64,000 nt of DNA from Lama glama (taxonomy: Eukaryota). A model generated the notes under the pieces. That model was not told the origin of the DNA and did no database searches. It worked only from the letters and a program-made list of their open reading frames with translations. Position 1 is the first letter of the stretch; each line of letters opens with the position of its first letter. Location of the stretch: the NCBI GenBank assembly GCA_028534125.1, contig CM052818.1, positions 30,444,001 through 30,508,000 of the forward strand. The letters run 5' to 3'. The position numbers and the translations under genes were made by a program. Of this stretch, positions 49,103 through 61,079 are shown piece after piece.

Positions 49103-49599
49103 ATCTCTCTGGCACTGTGGCTTAAGGAGTATCAGTTATCTATTGTGGTCCTTAAGGAGCTTATTTATTTATCTATCTAAAGCGTATGCAGGAATAAAAC
49201 TTAAAAAAGAGAGAGAGAATTTTAAAAGAATGGAGGAAAAAAAGGTTTGAAAACAGTGTATAATCAATAATAGAAGAGCAAGTTGAAGCACAATAGCAAT
49301 CGAGTTGAGATGTCTTTTAAAAACCTTAAAAAAAGGAGAAAAAATCAAAAAACAATATTTGAACCCTGTGTATAATCAATAACAGGAGATCAAAACCAAC
49401 AGAATTAAAAATGAAATGAGGTGGATTTTTAAAAATAATAATAATACAAAGATTTTAAGAGAAAAATTTTAAAGAGATTAAAACTGTAGACATACAATTG
49501 TTTAAAAAGTAAAAATTAGAAAGGTAACAGAAAGTAGAACGGATATAAAAAAGATTAAAAAAACAAAAAACAAAACAAACAAAAAGGATGTGTTCTCCT

Positions 49600-50892
49600 G
49601 GAGACTGTGTGCTCTTAATGATTTTATCCAGAGGTCTTTGTGTCTTCGCCCTGTTTCGTAAACTCAGCTTGCTGTTTCTAGAGGCCCTCTGTTGGTGCCC
49701 TCCTCCCTGCTGCTCCCAGTGGCTGTCAGCTAGCAGATTGCGCCCCCTCCCAACACTGGTTCAGGTGCTGAGCTCTTACACGGTGGGCAGGCGGATCACT
49801 CCCCCTCCCGATGCCACAGTCAGATGCTGCGCTGAGGTGAGGCAGGTGGGCGGATCATGCACCCTCCCAGCACTGTGGTCAGGTGCTGCATTCCTGACAG
49901 GAAGGTAGGTGGCCACCTGCCCTTTTCTGGCACCGGTTGCTCCGCTGCTCTGTGCAGCTGCCCACTCTGTCTCAGGTCGGCACTCCGAAGGTGGGCTCAG
50001 GAAAGACTGCAGAACAGCCCCGCCCCTGCTCCGTGCCAAATCTCAGCTCCTTGTTCGTCTTGGTGGTTCGAGTTCTCTGAGTTGCCAGGGCAGAAAGATC
50101 CTGTCTGCCTCCGGCTGTAAACAAGTCTCAATCCTGCCTAGGAGGTTGCAGAGCCCCCCGGTGTGGATTCATGTCTCGGCCCCGCCCCTGCCCAAGCGCT
50201 GTGCACCAGAGGACACTGCAGCTGTGGCTGCGCCCTGCCTCTCTTCTCGCGAGAAGAGCCAGTAATGGCAGCACGGGTCTGAGGAGACAAAAGCTATGGC
50301 GCCCCTCCCCCCAGGGCACACCAGCCCTGTTGCTTTGCTTTTTTCGCAATTTATGGGGGACTGAGGTTGTTCTGCTCTGTAGCCTCCCCTAGCCACGGCG
50401 CGCAGCCCCCTGCAGTCCCCTGGGGCTGCCTCAGTGCAGCCGCCCCAGTCCTCCGCCAGGCTTGGGCGGCCTGCCCTGGCCCCAGCTGCCGGCTTGCGTC
50501 TTGGGCTGGGTTTTGCGGGGACCCTTTGTGCCCATTTAACTTAGTTCTGTCTGTCATGGGGTGCTTGGGGGCAGATCTGAGCCTCAGAGGCTCCCTCTCT
50601 ATCCTGTTGGCTTCTCCGTTGGAGTGGGGAGACCCAGCGAACGAGCGCCATTCCTCCTTTGCCGCTCCCTCCCCACGGGACTGTCCCGCACTGTTTTGCT
50701 TTTTCTTCTTTCTTTTTTCCTTTTCTTCTACCAGATTTTTGGCTTCTTTGTCTTTTGAAGAGGGCGATGTTCTGTTGGAGTTCGGTAGGTGCTCTGGTTG
50801 GCTAAGTGGGTCCATAGATGTGAGTTTTGGTTTATTTGTGGGAGAGGGTGAGCTACAGGCGTCCTTGTACTCCACCATCTTGGTTCTCTCTC
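49600..50892 (-). promoter_or_regulatory. GC/CpG-rich L1 internal promoter (5'UTR)
   Basis: Only extended CpG-rich block in the window, with a YY1-like CAAGATGG motif at the element start. Confidence 0.7.
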
Positions 50893-51184
50893 AATATGTG
50901 ACTATTTTTAATTGACTGTTGATAAGCCAATGCCTTGCACACAATATGAGTGAATGAATTAATATTTTTGCAATATTATGGTAGTTTGTTTGCAAATTTA
51001 AACTCTTTCACTGTATTTTATTATCCATGAGTGTTGCCATGTTTTAATTGGTATTGTGTTCAAGTATATTTATTTAGAATATTAGTTCCTGACATTGCAA
51101 ACCCATAAAAAATGCTGGTTGAACAAACTGAAATTGAGAGACAGGATTAAAATAAAGTTGTGAAGTAAGAGGAAAACAGTTTAT

Positions 51185-51660
51185 CCAAGAATTATTTATT
51201 GAGTACCTATTATGTGCCAGGAACTGTTCTAGGCACTGGTGATATAACAGTCATAAAACAAAGGTTTGTAACCCCATGGAGCCTATATTCCAGCAGGAGG
51301 AGAGAAAATAAAAGATAAACTTAACAAATAGGTTAATATGTAGTATGTTAGAAGATGATAAGTGCTAAGGACAAAAAAATAGTAGACTAAGAAAGGTAGA
51401 GTTGGCAATGTTGGGGTTGATAAAATGGGGTTTGCCATATTAACTAGGGTGCGTAGATTAGACTTTGTAAAAAGGTAAGATTTGGTCATTCAAAGCAGAA
51501 GGATCAACTATTATAAAGGTCCTGGGGCAGGATCATGCCTGTAATGTTTAAGGAACGTCAAGGAGGCCAGTGTGGCTGGAGAAGTGTCAGTGAGAGGGAG
51601 TGGAAGTAGATGAGACTAGGAAGGAAAGGGAGGACAGATTACGGAGATCATTAAAAGAAT
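51185..51660 (-). mobile_element. L2a 3' fragment
   Basis: atttattgagtacctattatgtgccaggaactgttctaggcactgg...aaggaggccagtgtggctggag. Confidence 0.88.
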
Positions 51661-51681
51661 AACATGTCAGCAGATTCTGAA

Positions 51682-52308
51682 GAGAGTCAACCAATATGGT
51701 GACATAGTAGGGTTCTGGGCTCCCCTCTCCCACAGACACATTAAATGTACAGATACACATGGAGTAATTTCCTCTGAAAGAGATGCAGATACTAACGGAA
51801 TGAATCCTACACATCCGATGAATGAGGAAATACCCACATTGAAATGGGTAGAAAAGGCTGAGGCAAGGTAGGAAAGGCTTGCTATAAACCTTACCCCAAC
51901 ACAGTGCCATACAATCAAGAGGGAAACCAACTTCTACCTTTTCCCCAGGGAGCAAAAGGTTGGAACCCCACATCTAGCACTCAACCTTTAGGACTTCCAC
52001 CAGAAGAATGGGCTCCCCAAATGCCTTATCTCTAAAGCCAACAAGGCTTGTGTCCACAAGACCCACAAAACTACAGCAAACAAAGGCACAGTCCCTAAGG
52101 AGCAGGCAAGCGCTCACTATGGCTATTCCTTGTGGGCTCAGCCCAGAGGAAGCAGGCACTATCACCTATCTCCCAGTCTTTCCCTGAAAGAAGTTTATCT
52201 GCATACTTTAAAAGCTGCCGCCAGAGAGCCAGATTTCTACTTTAGCAGGCACTAGGGACTGGCTGTGATCCTCCCTAGAGACTTGGGAAACTGAAGAGCA
52301 CCTCCCTG
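51682..52308 (+). mobile_element. Isolated L1 5'UTR (related to the 5'UTR at 13057-14465)
   Basis: accaatatggtgacatagtagggttctgggctcccctctcccacagacac...atttcctctgaaag...tctgcatacttttaaaagctg, reverse-complement homologous to 13320-14460. Confidence 0.75.
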
Positions 52309-52309
52309 C

Positions 52310-54526
52310 CTTTAATTTCTTTTTCTTGCTTGGTTCCACTGGCTAGAAACTCCAGCACTAGGTTGAATAAAGTTTGTGAGGACAGATGTTCTTATCTTGT
52401 TCCAGATTTTAGGTGGAATGTGTTAGTATGCTCTTAGCTGTAGGTTTTTTGGTAGATGCTCGATGTTTGTTTGTTTATTATTGAGGTATAGTCAGTTTAC
52501 AGTGGTGGATGCTCTTTATTAGGTGAGGAAATTTCCTTTTATATCCTAGTTTGCTGAGAGTTTTTTTGTTTTGTTTGATTTTTAAACAGAAGTGGATGTT
52601 GCATTCTGTCAAAAGCATTTTTTGAGTCTATTGAGATAATCATGTGACTTTTTTAGATTTTTAGTATGGTAAGTTATTTTGATTGATTTTTGAATCAATT
52701 TCTTTCTGGGAAGAAACCCCACTTGGTCATGGTATATTATCACTTTTATGAATTGTTGGATTGCATTTGCTAAATTTCATTTAGAATATTTGCATGTATA
52801 TTTATGAGGGATATTGACCTCTAATTTTCTTTTCTTGTAGTGTCCGGTTTTTGGTATCAGAGTAATGTGAGGCTCATAGAATGAGTTTTGGGAAATATTC
52901 CTTTATCTTCAATTTTCTGGAAGGAATTGTGTAGAATTGGTGTTGGTGTTATTTTTTCCAAAACTTTACCACTGAAGTCATCTGTGTCTCGAGATTTTTG
53001 GGTGGTAGATTTCTAGCTAAAAATTCTGTTTCTTTAATGGATATAAGGCTATTAGATTTATCTGTTTCTCCTTGAGTGAAGTTTGGTAAATTGACAAACA
53101 AGGAGTTTGTTCGTTTCACCCATTGTGAGTTTTTTGACATAAAGTAGTTCATAGCATTTACTTTTTATCCTTGTAATTCTATAAAATCTATGGTGAGTTC
53201 ATATATTTCATTCCTGCAATTAGTAATTTATATCTTCTCTTTTTTCCAATTAGTATAACTAGAGGTCTATCAGCCTTCCCAAAGAACCAGTTTTTTATTT
53301 GTTTGATTTTTCTGTATTAGTTCTGTTTTCTTTTTTTTTTAAATTTTTGCTTTCATCTTTATTATTTGATTACTTCTGATTGTTTAATTTGCTCTGCTTT
53401 TCTGGTTTCTTATGTGGAAGCTGTGATCATTGATTTGGGAACTTTCTTTTTTTCTTGTATAGACATTTAATGATATAAATTTCCCCTTAGTTACTGTGTA
53501 AACAGCATCTCACAAATTCTGATATGTTGGGTTTTCATTTTCTTTTAGTTCAAAATACTTTCTATTTACCTCTTTGACTTTTTGTTTTGATTCATGGATT
53601 ATTTATAAATGGTTTTTAGTTTTCAAATATTGAAGATTTTTCAGATAACTTTCTGTTTCTGATTTCTGTTTGGATTCCATGTGGTCACAAAACATAATTT
53701 TGTATGATTTGAATTAGTTCAAATTTATTGAGACTTGTCTCATGTTTTTCCCCAAACATGGTCTTTCTTGGTAAATATTATATATATAATTGAATATAGT
53801 ATGTATTTTGCTATTTTTTTGAATGTGGTTTTCTAAGAGTGTCGGTCAGTTGAATTTGGTTAATAGTGTGGTTCAAAATTACTATATCATTGCTGATTTT
53901 CTATTTTTCTAGTTATTGAGATACAGGTATTGAAATATCTGACCATAATTGTGTTTTTGTCTATTTCTCTTTGCAGTTCTTTCAGTTTTTGCTTGACTTT
54001 TTTTTTTAACATTTTTTATTGATTTATAATCATTTTACAATGTTGTGTCAAATTCTAGTGTTTAGTACAATTTTTCAGTTATACATGAACATATATATAT
54101 TCGTTGTCACATTTTTTCTCTGTGCGCTATCATAAGATTTTGTGTGTATTTCCCTGTGCTATAAAGTATAATCTTGTTTATCTAGTCTACAATTTTGAAA
54201 TCCTGTCTATCCCTTCCCACCCTCCGCCCCCTTGGCAACCACAAGTTTGTATTCTATATCTATGAGTCTGTTTCTGTTTTGTATTTATGCTTTGTTTGTT
54301 TGATTCTTTGTTTATTTGTTTGCTTGACATATTTTGAAGCTCTGTTGTTAGGTATATAAATATTTAGATTGCTATGCCCTCTTAAAAAATTGACACCTTT
54401 ATCATTAGAAAATGTCCTTCTTCATTTATGACAGTATTCTTTGCTCTGAAATCTGCTTGTCTGATAGTAACATAACCATTCCAAATTTCTTTTGACTTAT
54501 GTTAGCATAGTATATCTTTTTCTATT
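52310..54526 (-). mobile_element. Old L1 ORF2 (EN to RT), degenerate
   Basis: ggctagaaactccagcact, ttggtatcagagtaatg, gaattgtgtagaattgg, ttttgaagctctgttgttagg. Contains nested inserts at 52462-52502 and 53998-54318. Confidence 0.88.
53998..54318 (-). mobile_element. Nested young L1 3'UTR fragment
   Basis: Homologous to 5705-5934. TSD tttgcttgac at 53988-53997 and 54319-54328. Confidence 0.92.
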
Positions 54527-54935
54527 TGTAATGATTAATTTTACGTATCAACTTGGCTAGGCTATGGTGCCCAGTTATTTTGTCAAACACTAGTCTAGGT
54601 GTTACTGTGAAGGTATTTTGTAGATGTGATTAACATTTACAATCAGTTGATATTTAAGTAATGCAGATTAGTTTCCATATCATGAGTGGGCCTCAGCTAA
54701 TCAGTTGAAGACCTTACGAGCAAAAACTGAAATTTCCTGGAGAAGAAGGAATTTGCCATAAGACTATAGCAGGAATACTGTCTGAGTTTCCAGCCTACTG
54801 GTCTGTTCTATGGATTCTGGCCTTGCCACCCCACCATATACATGTGAGTCAATTCCCTAAAGGAAATATTTCTGTCTCTGTCTCTTGCTCAATCTATCTA
54901 TCTTTGGGTGGTATCTCTCTCTCTCTCTCTCTCTG
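54527..54935 (+). mobile_element. MLT2 (ERVL) LTR, 5' portion to the internal (CT)n
   Basis: tgtaatgattaattttacgtatcaacttggctaggctatggtgcccag...gtcaaacactagtctaggtgttactgtgaagg...gtgagtcaattcc. The 3' end is found inverted at 55173-55260. Confidence 0.9.
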
Positions 54936-54937
54936 TC

Positions 54938-55172
54938 TAGATAGAAAAAGAGGGAAAAATGGAATAAAGAACAAATGAAACAAATTTTAAAAAAGACAAA
55001 ACTAAGTCCAGCCATACCAATATTAACATAAAATGTAAATGTTCTAAACACTCCAATTAAAAGATAGCGATTACCAAACTGAATTAAAAAAAAAACCAAG
55101 ACTCAGTTTTGTGCTGCCTCAAGTAATTAATCTGAAACATAAAGACACAAATAGCTTAAAAGAAAAAGGATG
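54938..55172 (+). mobile_element. L1 spacer/ORF2 start, inverted relative to the adjacent L1
   Basis: aaatgtaaatgttctaaacactccaattaaaagatagcgatt...aaacataaagacacaaatagcttaaaagaaaaaggatg. Confidence 0.85.
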
Positions 55173-55752
55173 TGTCTTAGTTTGAGCTCTCCAGAAAAAA
55201 ACATAACCAATAGGATTCTTCCTCTCACTTTCTCTCTCTCTATCATCCTCTCTCTCTAACTTTAAAACAAATGCTTCTACTATATTACCAGTTTTCTACA
55301 AGAGATCCTTTTTTAACTTAAGGTTTTAAAAAATCAGTAATAGATGTAGAATTTTGTTAAATGATTATAAAATCTGTTGAGATGATCACATGGAGTTCTT
55401 ATCTGCATCTTTGTTTTGAGTAAAATTAGAATATTGTTTTCTTTCTGTGCTGTCCTTAGTCTGTGTTGTTATAAAAATTATCCTAGATTTTAGAAAGAGA
55501 TGGGACATTTTCTCCTTTTATATTCTCTATAAATCTTTCTGGGCTCAGTGGCTTGTTTTAGTAGTAGGTATTTTTATAACTTTTACATGTTTTTATGTGG
55601 TTATTGTTCTACTAATGTTTCCAAAAGTTCAAAAAAGATCATTCTATTATATTTTTAAAAAACATCTTTATTGAGATATAATTCACATACCACAAAGTTC
55701 ACCCATTTAAATAATGTAGTGTAATGATTATAGTATATTTAGAGTTGCACAA

Positions 55753-57305
55753 TGTAGTGTTGCTGAATGGTTTTCCCCATCTTCCCTCTATCTTTCCCTA
55801 TCTTCCCCCAAAGGATAAATTCACCCAGAACCTCAGAACATGACCTTATTTGGAGAAAGGGCCTTGCAGATCTAACTAAGGTAAGGATCTCAAGATAAGA
55901 TTTCCCTGGATTAGTGTGTACCTTAAATCTAATGATTAATATCCTTATAAGAGTCAGAAAAAGAAAAACTTAGGGAGACATGGGGAAAGCCATGTGATAA
56001 TGAAGGCAGAGCATGGAGTGATGCATCTGCAAGCCAAGGAATGTCAAGGGAAGGCAGAGCCACAGGAAAGAAGGAAAGAAGCATGGAATGAATTCTCCTT
56101 CAGACTCTAGAATGAACCAGTGCTGCTGAGACCCTGATTTCAGACTTCTGGACTCCAGAGCTATGACAGAATGCATTTCTATTGTTTTAAGCCACCAAAT
56201 TTGTGGCAATTTGTTTTGGCACCCCTAGGAAACTAATACAGATTTTGGTACTGAAAAGTGGGGTGCTGCTATAATAAATGTCTGAACATGTTGAGTTGGA
56301 TTTGGAATTGAGTGATGAGTAGAGGCTAGAGGAAAATTGAGATGCATGATAGAAAAGGCCTGGGTTGCCCAGAAATATGAATGTTAAAAATAATTCTGTT
56401 GAGAGTTCAGAAGAAAGTGAAAAAGCATGATAGAGAAAGCTTTTTTTCATCTTGGAGAATGCATATATTATCATGAACAGAATGTCAGTAAAAATACGAA
56501 TCCTGAAGGTGCTTCTGATGCAATTTCAGAAAAAAATGAAGAACATATTTTGGAAACTGGAGGAAAGGCAGTCTTTGTTATAAAGCGGCAGAAAACTTGG
56601 TTGAATTGTGTTCTATTGGGTGGAAGGCAGAACTTACAAGCAATGAACTTGGGTATTTAACTGAGGAGATTTTAGCAAAAGTATTAAAGGTGTAGCCTTG
56701 TTTCTTCTTGTTGTTTGTAGTAAAATATAAGAGAAATGAAATGAATTGAGGAAGAATTTGTTAAACAAAGTAGAACTAGCATTTGATGATTTGAGATGTT
56801 CTTGGCCTATCTAGATTGCAAAGGATGCTAAAATTAGGAAATTTATTGTTGGGAAAGCAAGCTCTGGAGAGATGGCCAAGGATGTGACTTGGCAACATTT
56901 TGTTAAAGAGAATAAGCGTGTGACTCATGGACCCAATCAGTCATCCCAGCAGAAACTAGGAATAGAGGTGAGGTTATCCAGGAAGTACCTGCAGAGACTC
57001 TCTTATCTCATGGTGCGACTCCCCCATGACATACACAGGAGGCCCACAAGGCTTTTGAGAATGTTGTCCTCGAAAAAACATTGCTAGCTTGGACTGAAGG
57101 GGACAGAGACAGGGCACAATGAGAGAAGGCTGTCTTCCAAACTCCTATCAGCAAGAAACAGGCTGATAGGACTATTCTACTGCAAACATGTTATTCATCA
57201 AGGAAAAGGAAGAATGACTCTGTAGCTAGTGGGGTCACTGAAGGTTGCGCAGAGGCCAGGAGGGCTGCTGCTATCTGTCCATAGACCAACAAAGCCAGAG
57301 CCGCA
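55753..57305 (+). mobile_element. MLT1C/B-like LTR (55753-56240) with attached MaLR internal sequence (56241-57305)
   Basis: The LTR ends ttttaagccaccaaatttgtggcaatttg...ctaggaaactaataca and is followed directly by the MaLR-int start gattttggtactgaaaagtggggtgctgcta. Confidence 0.88.
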
Positions 57306-57311
57306 AGTCTA

Positions 57312-58680
57312 GACATTGGGTAATTGATTTGAGATCTTTCTTCTTTTTTAATATAGGTATTTAAATTTCCCTCTGAGCTGTGTCTCATACATTTGCATAT
57401 ATTGTTTCTTTTCATTTTCATTTATCTCAAGGTATATTCTAATTTCCCTTGTGATACCTACTTTGACTTATTGGTTATTTTGGAGTGTATTATTTAATTT
57501 CCACATATTTATCAGTTTCTCAAATTTCCTACTGTGTTGATTTCTAATTTAACTTCATCGTGGTCAGAGAACATGCTTTGTATAATTTCAATCTCTTTAA
57601 ATTTTTGAGGCTTGTTTTGTGGCATACCTCAAAGACATTGCAGGTTTAGTTCCAGATGACCACAATAAAGCAAGTATCACAAGAAGATGAGCCACACAAT
57701 TTTCCTGATTTCCTAGTGCATATAAAAGTTGGGTTCACACTATACTGTAGTTTATTAAGTGTGCAATAACATTGTGTCTAGAAAAATAAGGTACATACCT
57801 TAATTAGAAGATACTTTGCTAACCATCATCTGAGCCTTCAGTGAGTTGTGAGCTTTACTGTTGGAAAGTCTTGCCTCAGTATTGATGGCTGCTGACTGAT
57901 CAGGGTGGTCATTGCGAAAGGTTGGGGTGGCTGTGTTAATTTCTTAAAATAAGATGACAGTGAAGTTCTGCATTGATTGACTCTTTCTTTCACAAATGAT
58001 TCCACTGTAGCATGTAATGCTGTTTGGTAGAACTTCTTTCACAATTGGAGTCAATCTTCTCAAACCCTGACACAACTTTATCAAGTTTACCTAATATTCT
58101 AAGTCTTCTGTTGTCATTTCAACATTCTTAATTGCATTTTCATCAGGAGTAGTTTCCTGCTCCAGAAACCACTTTCTTTGTTCATTCACAGGAAGTAACT
58201 CCTCATCTGTTAAATTTTAATCATGAGATTGCAGCAATTCAGTCCCACCTTCAGGCTCCACTTCTTTTGTTCTCTTGCTCTATCTACTACATCCGCAGTT
58301 ACAATAGTAACATCAAAGATCACTGATCACGTATCACCATCACAAACATAACAATTATGAAACAATTTGAAATATTGTGAGAATTACCAAAATGTGACAC
58401 AGAGACACGAGGTGAGCAAATGCTGTTAGAAGTGTGGTGCTGTATACTTGCTCCACACAGGATTGCCACAAGCCTTCAATTTGTAAAAAAACATGATAAC
58501 TGTGAAGTGCAATGAAGTGAAATACAATAGAATGTGATATTATTTTCTTCTAGAGAATGTTTCATGTACACTTGGGTGAATGTGTATTTTGCTATTGTTG
58601 AGTGGGATGTTTTATAGATGTCTGTTATTATTAGTTGGCTTATAATGTTGCTCAAGCCTTCTATTTTCTTCTATTTCTTC
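57312..58680 (-). mobile_element. Old L1 ORF2 fragment split by Tigger1
   Basis: tttaatttccacatattt, gtggtcagagaacatgctttgtataatttcaat; resumes tctagagaatgtttcatgtacacttg after 58540. Confidence 0.8.
57621..58540 (-). mobile_element. Tigger1 (TcMar) DNA transposon, internally deleted, both ends present
   Basis: ggcatacctc..agacattgcaggtttagttccagatgaccacaataaagc at one end; gccacaagccttcaatttgtaaaaaa...gtgaagtgcaatgaagtgaaatacaatagaatg at the other. Confidence 0.9.
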
Positions 58681-58714
58681 TTTTGTTCTCTTCTGACAAG
58701 TTGGACATATCCTG

Positions 58715-58912
58715 CCTGTCTTTATTTACCTAGGTCTTAAAGCCACACCAGTTTATACTGAAAATGTGACTTATGGTGGGTGTGTTGGGACATGTGGTAT
58801 CAGTTTCACATCTGAAGGGGCTAGGAACTGAGTAACTAAGATCAGCCATATGACCTTTGCTGATTTTAATCTCTATCTTTTAGCTATAATAAATTGTAAT
58901 CATGTGTGTAAT
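58715..58912 (+). mobile_element. ERV LTR fragment (MER21/MER77-like)
   Basis: gtttatactgaaaatgtgacttatggtggg...ggggctaggaactgagt...atgacctttgctgattttaatctctatc...ataataaattgtaatcatg. Confidence 0.5.
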
Positions 58913-58964
58913 AGTCTAGAGATAAATTTCCAAAGAACATGAGATCACACACACACATATCATT

Positions 58965-60290
58965 AAACACACAGGAAAATCAATCTCTATAAATGAGAGT
59001 CAGCAAAAACAACAAAATGTAAGACCAGACCAACAGATATTAACAACATCAGATGCAGAATATAAAAAGAAGGTTTACTACTTTTAAAGAAATGAAAGAA
59101 GAATTTAAAAATATGAATAAGGAAAAAGGGACTACTAAAAAGTGACCAAATTTGAAAAGGGATCAAATTACATTTTTCTTTAAAGAATAAGATGCAATTG
59201 AAATAGAATGCTAAATATAAATGTTAAAAAGATTATATATAGATATAGAAAATTACTGAACTGAGAGAAAGACTTAAAGAAACAATTCGGAAAGCTGCAG
59301 GAGATGAAGAGATGGACAATATGAAAGAGGTTAAGATAAAAGGAATGGGCAAGTATAACATGTATCTAATTGGAGTCCCAGAAAAAGAAAACAGAGATAA
59401 TGGGAGAGACGCTATATTCAAAGAGAGAATGAATTTTCCAGAATTAATTAAAGATGTACATTTACAGAGTCAGGAATTATAACCAATCCTAAACAGGATA
59501 AGTAAAATGAAGTCTATACCTGGACACATTCTAGTAAAAATGAGAATATCAGCCACAAAGTTAAGATCTTAAAAACAGCCAGAAATAAAAGACAAATTGC
59601 ATGTATAAGAATGACAGTTAAATTGAAACCTGACATTAATGGATGCCAGAGATGATAAAATAGTATCTTCAAAGTGCTGAAAGCAAGTAACAGTCCGCTT
59701 GAATTGTATATCCAGGAAAATAGTCTTTCAAAATTAAAGGTGAAATAAAAGAAATTTTCAGACACACAAAAACGGAGACCTTATCATCACTAGGTTTCAC
59801 TAAAGAAACTTCCCAGGGATGTATTCAGGAAAAAGAAAATAATCTGAAAAGGAAGGTTTGAACTGTCAGAATGAGTAGTGAGCCAAGAATGTCATGTTGG
59901 TTATTCTAAATGGACAGCAATTATATAAAACAATTAAATGTTTAATTTTTGGAGTTAGATAAATGCAATAATGAAAATGCCAGACTACAATAGCAACTAG
60001 ACTGGAAGAAGTGACTGGAATTAAAACATTCCAATATCCTGTTCAGAAAAAGGGTAGCAATGTTGGCTTTGTTAAGTATGCACATAAAATTTTTAAATTT
60101 AATTGCTTAAACAAAGAAATAGAAAACATGATTTCAAAACCAGTAGAGGAGAAAAAAGAAATGAGGAAAAAATCCCCTCAAAAAAAAGAAACATAGAGAA
60201 AGTGGAACAAATAAATGCACAAAATAAAATAACGGAGTTAATTTCAAACATATTAGATTCACAACAAATTTAAGTAGAGGTACATTCAGT
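58965..60290 (+). mobile_element. Ancient L1 ORF1 and spacer (L1ME-like), degenerate
   Basis: taacatgtatctaattggagtcccagaa, gaattttccagaattaattaaaga, atacctggacacattctagtaaaa, tatcttcaaagtgctgaaag. Confidence 0.75.
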
Positions 60291-61079
60291 TAAAATATTG
60301 ATAGTATCCGGAAAGGTTCTCAAGTAGATTATGACCAGCTGCAGATCTCAGACAAGGGCTGTTTTCCAAAGTAGCTGAGATACATGAAAAGCAAAGCCAA
60401 CCATACTTGGTTTGTGACAATGGAAATAGGGTGACCCAGCTGGAGAAAGGTACCTCCCAGGACCTTGTTGGTACCATGGTGTGAATGTACAAGCCATGGT
60501 GGGAAGGAGGGAGAGGAGATGGCACTGAATAGGAAAAATGTAGACAATGCATTCTCATGGGAAATATATACACTCATACACACACATTCACACACACATT
60601 GTGTTATAAGAAACTACACTAAGATTCAGGGCAAATACCTCTTAGCTCAGAACTACCTTTGAACCTCCCTAACTAAAATTTCCTGAAAGTTGCTAGTCCA
60701 GGAAGAACTCATGTCATTCAAAATGAATAATCATAAAAAAGGCCAAGACAGATGCAACTTATGTTATAAGAAAAAAGTGAGGAAAAAACAGGAAAAACTG
60801 ATGAAAGATGACCTTCCAAAGAAAAATATTGACACTCACTAGATAAAAATAGTGATTAAACATGTCACCAAGATTTCAAAGAAGTTATTGAAATATTCAC
60901 AATGCTCAAAGAAAACCGAAGTATTTAGGGAAGATGATGTAGAACTTGTAGAATGATAGAACTGATAAAAGTTGAGGAAGAGAAGGTAGCAGGTATGGTA
61001 AATATAATGATTATCTTTTTATAAGGGTCAAGATACATTAAAATCCAGTAAAAACCATCTAAGTACTTGTAAATGCATA

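Larger units (their letters stand above)
47489..50892 (-). mobile_element. Young lineage-specific L1 with complete 5'UTR and ORF1 but nearly all of ORF2 deleted
   Basis: TSD aatatgtgactattt (47474-47488; 50893-50907) at a TTTTT/AA site. Sense strand starts GAGAGAGAACCAAGATGG. ORF1 at 49102-48329, ORF2 only at 48162-47796. Confidence 0.95.

Noticed and set aside
49588..50915. Cluster of 65-182 aa ORFs on both strands
   Set aside because: Stop-poor GC-rich L1 5'UTR; no recognisable protein. An ORF0-like product cannot be supported from sequence alone.
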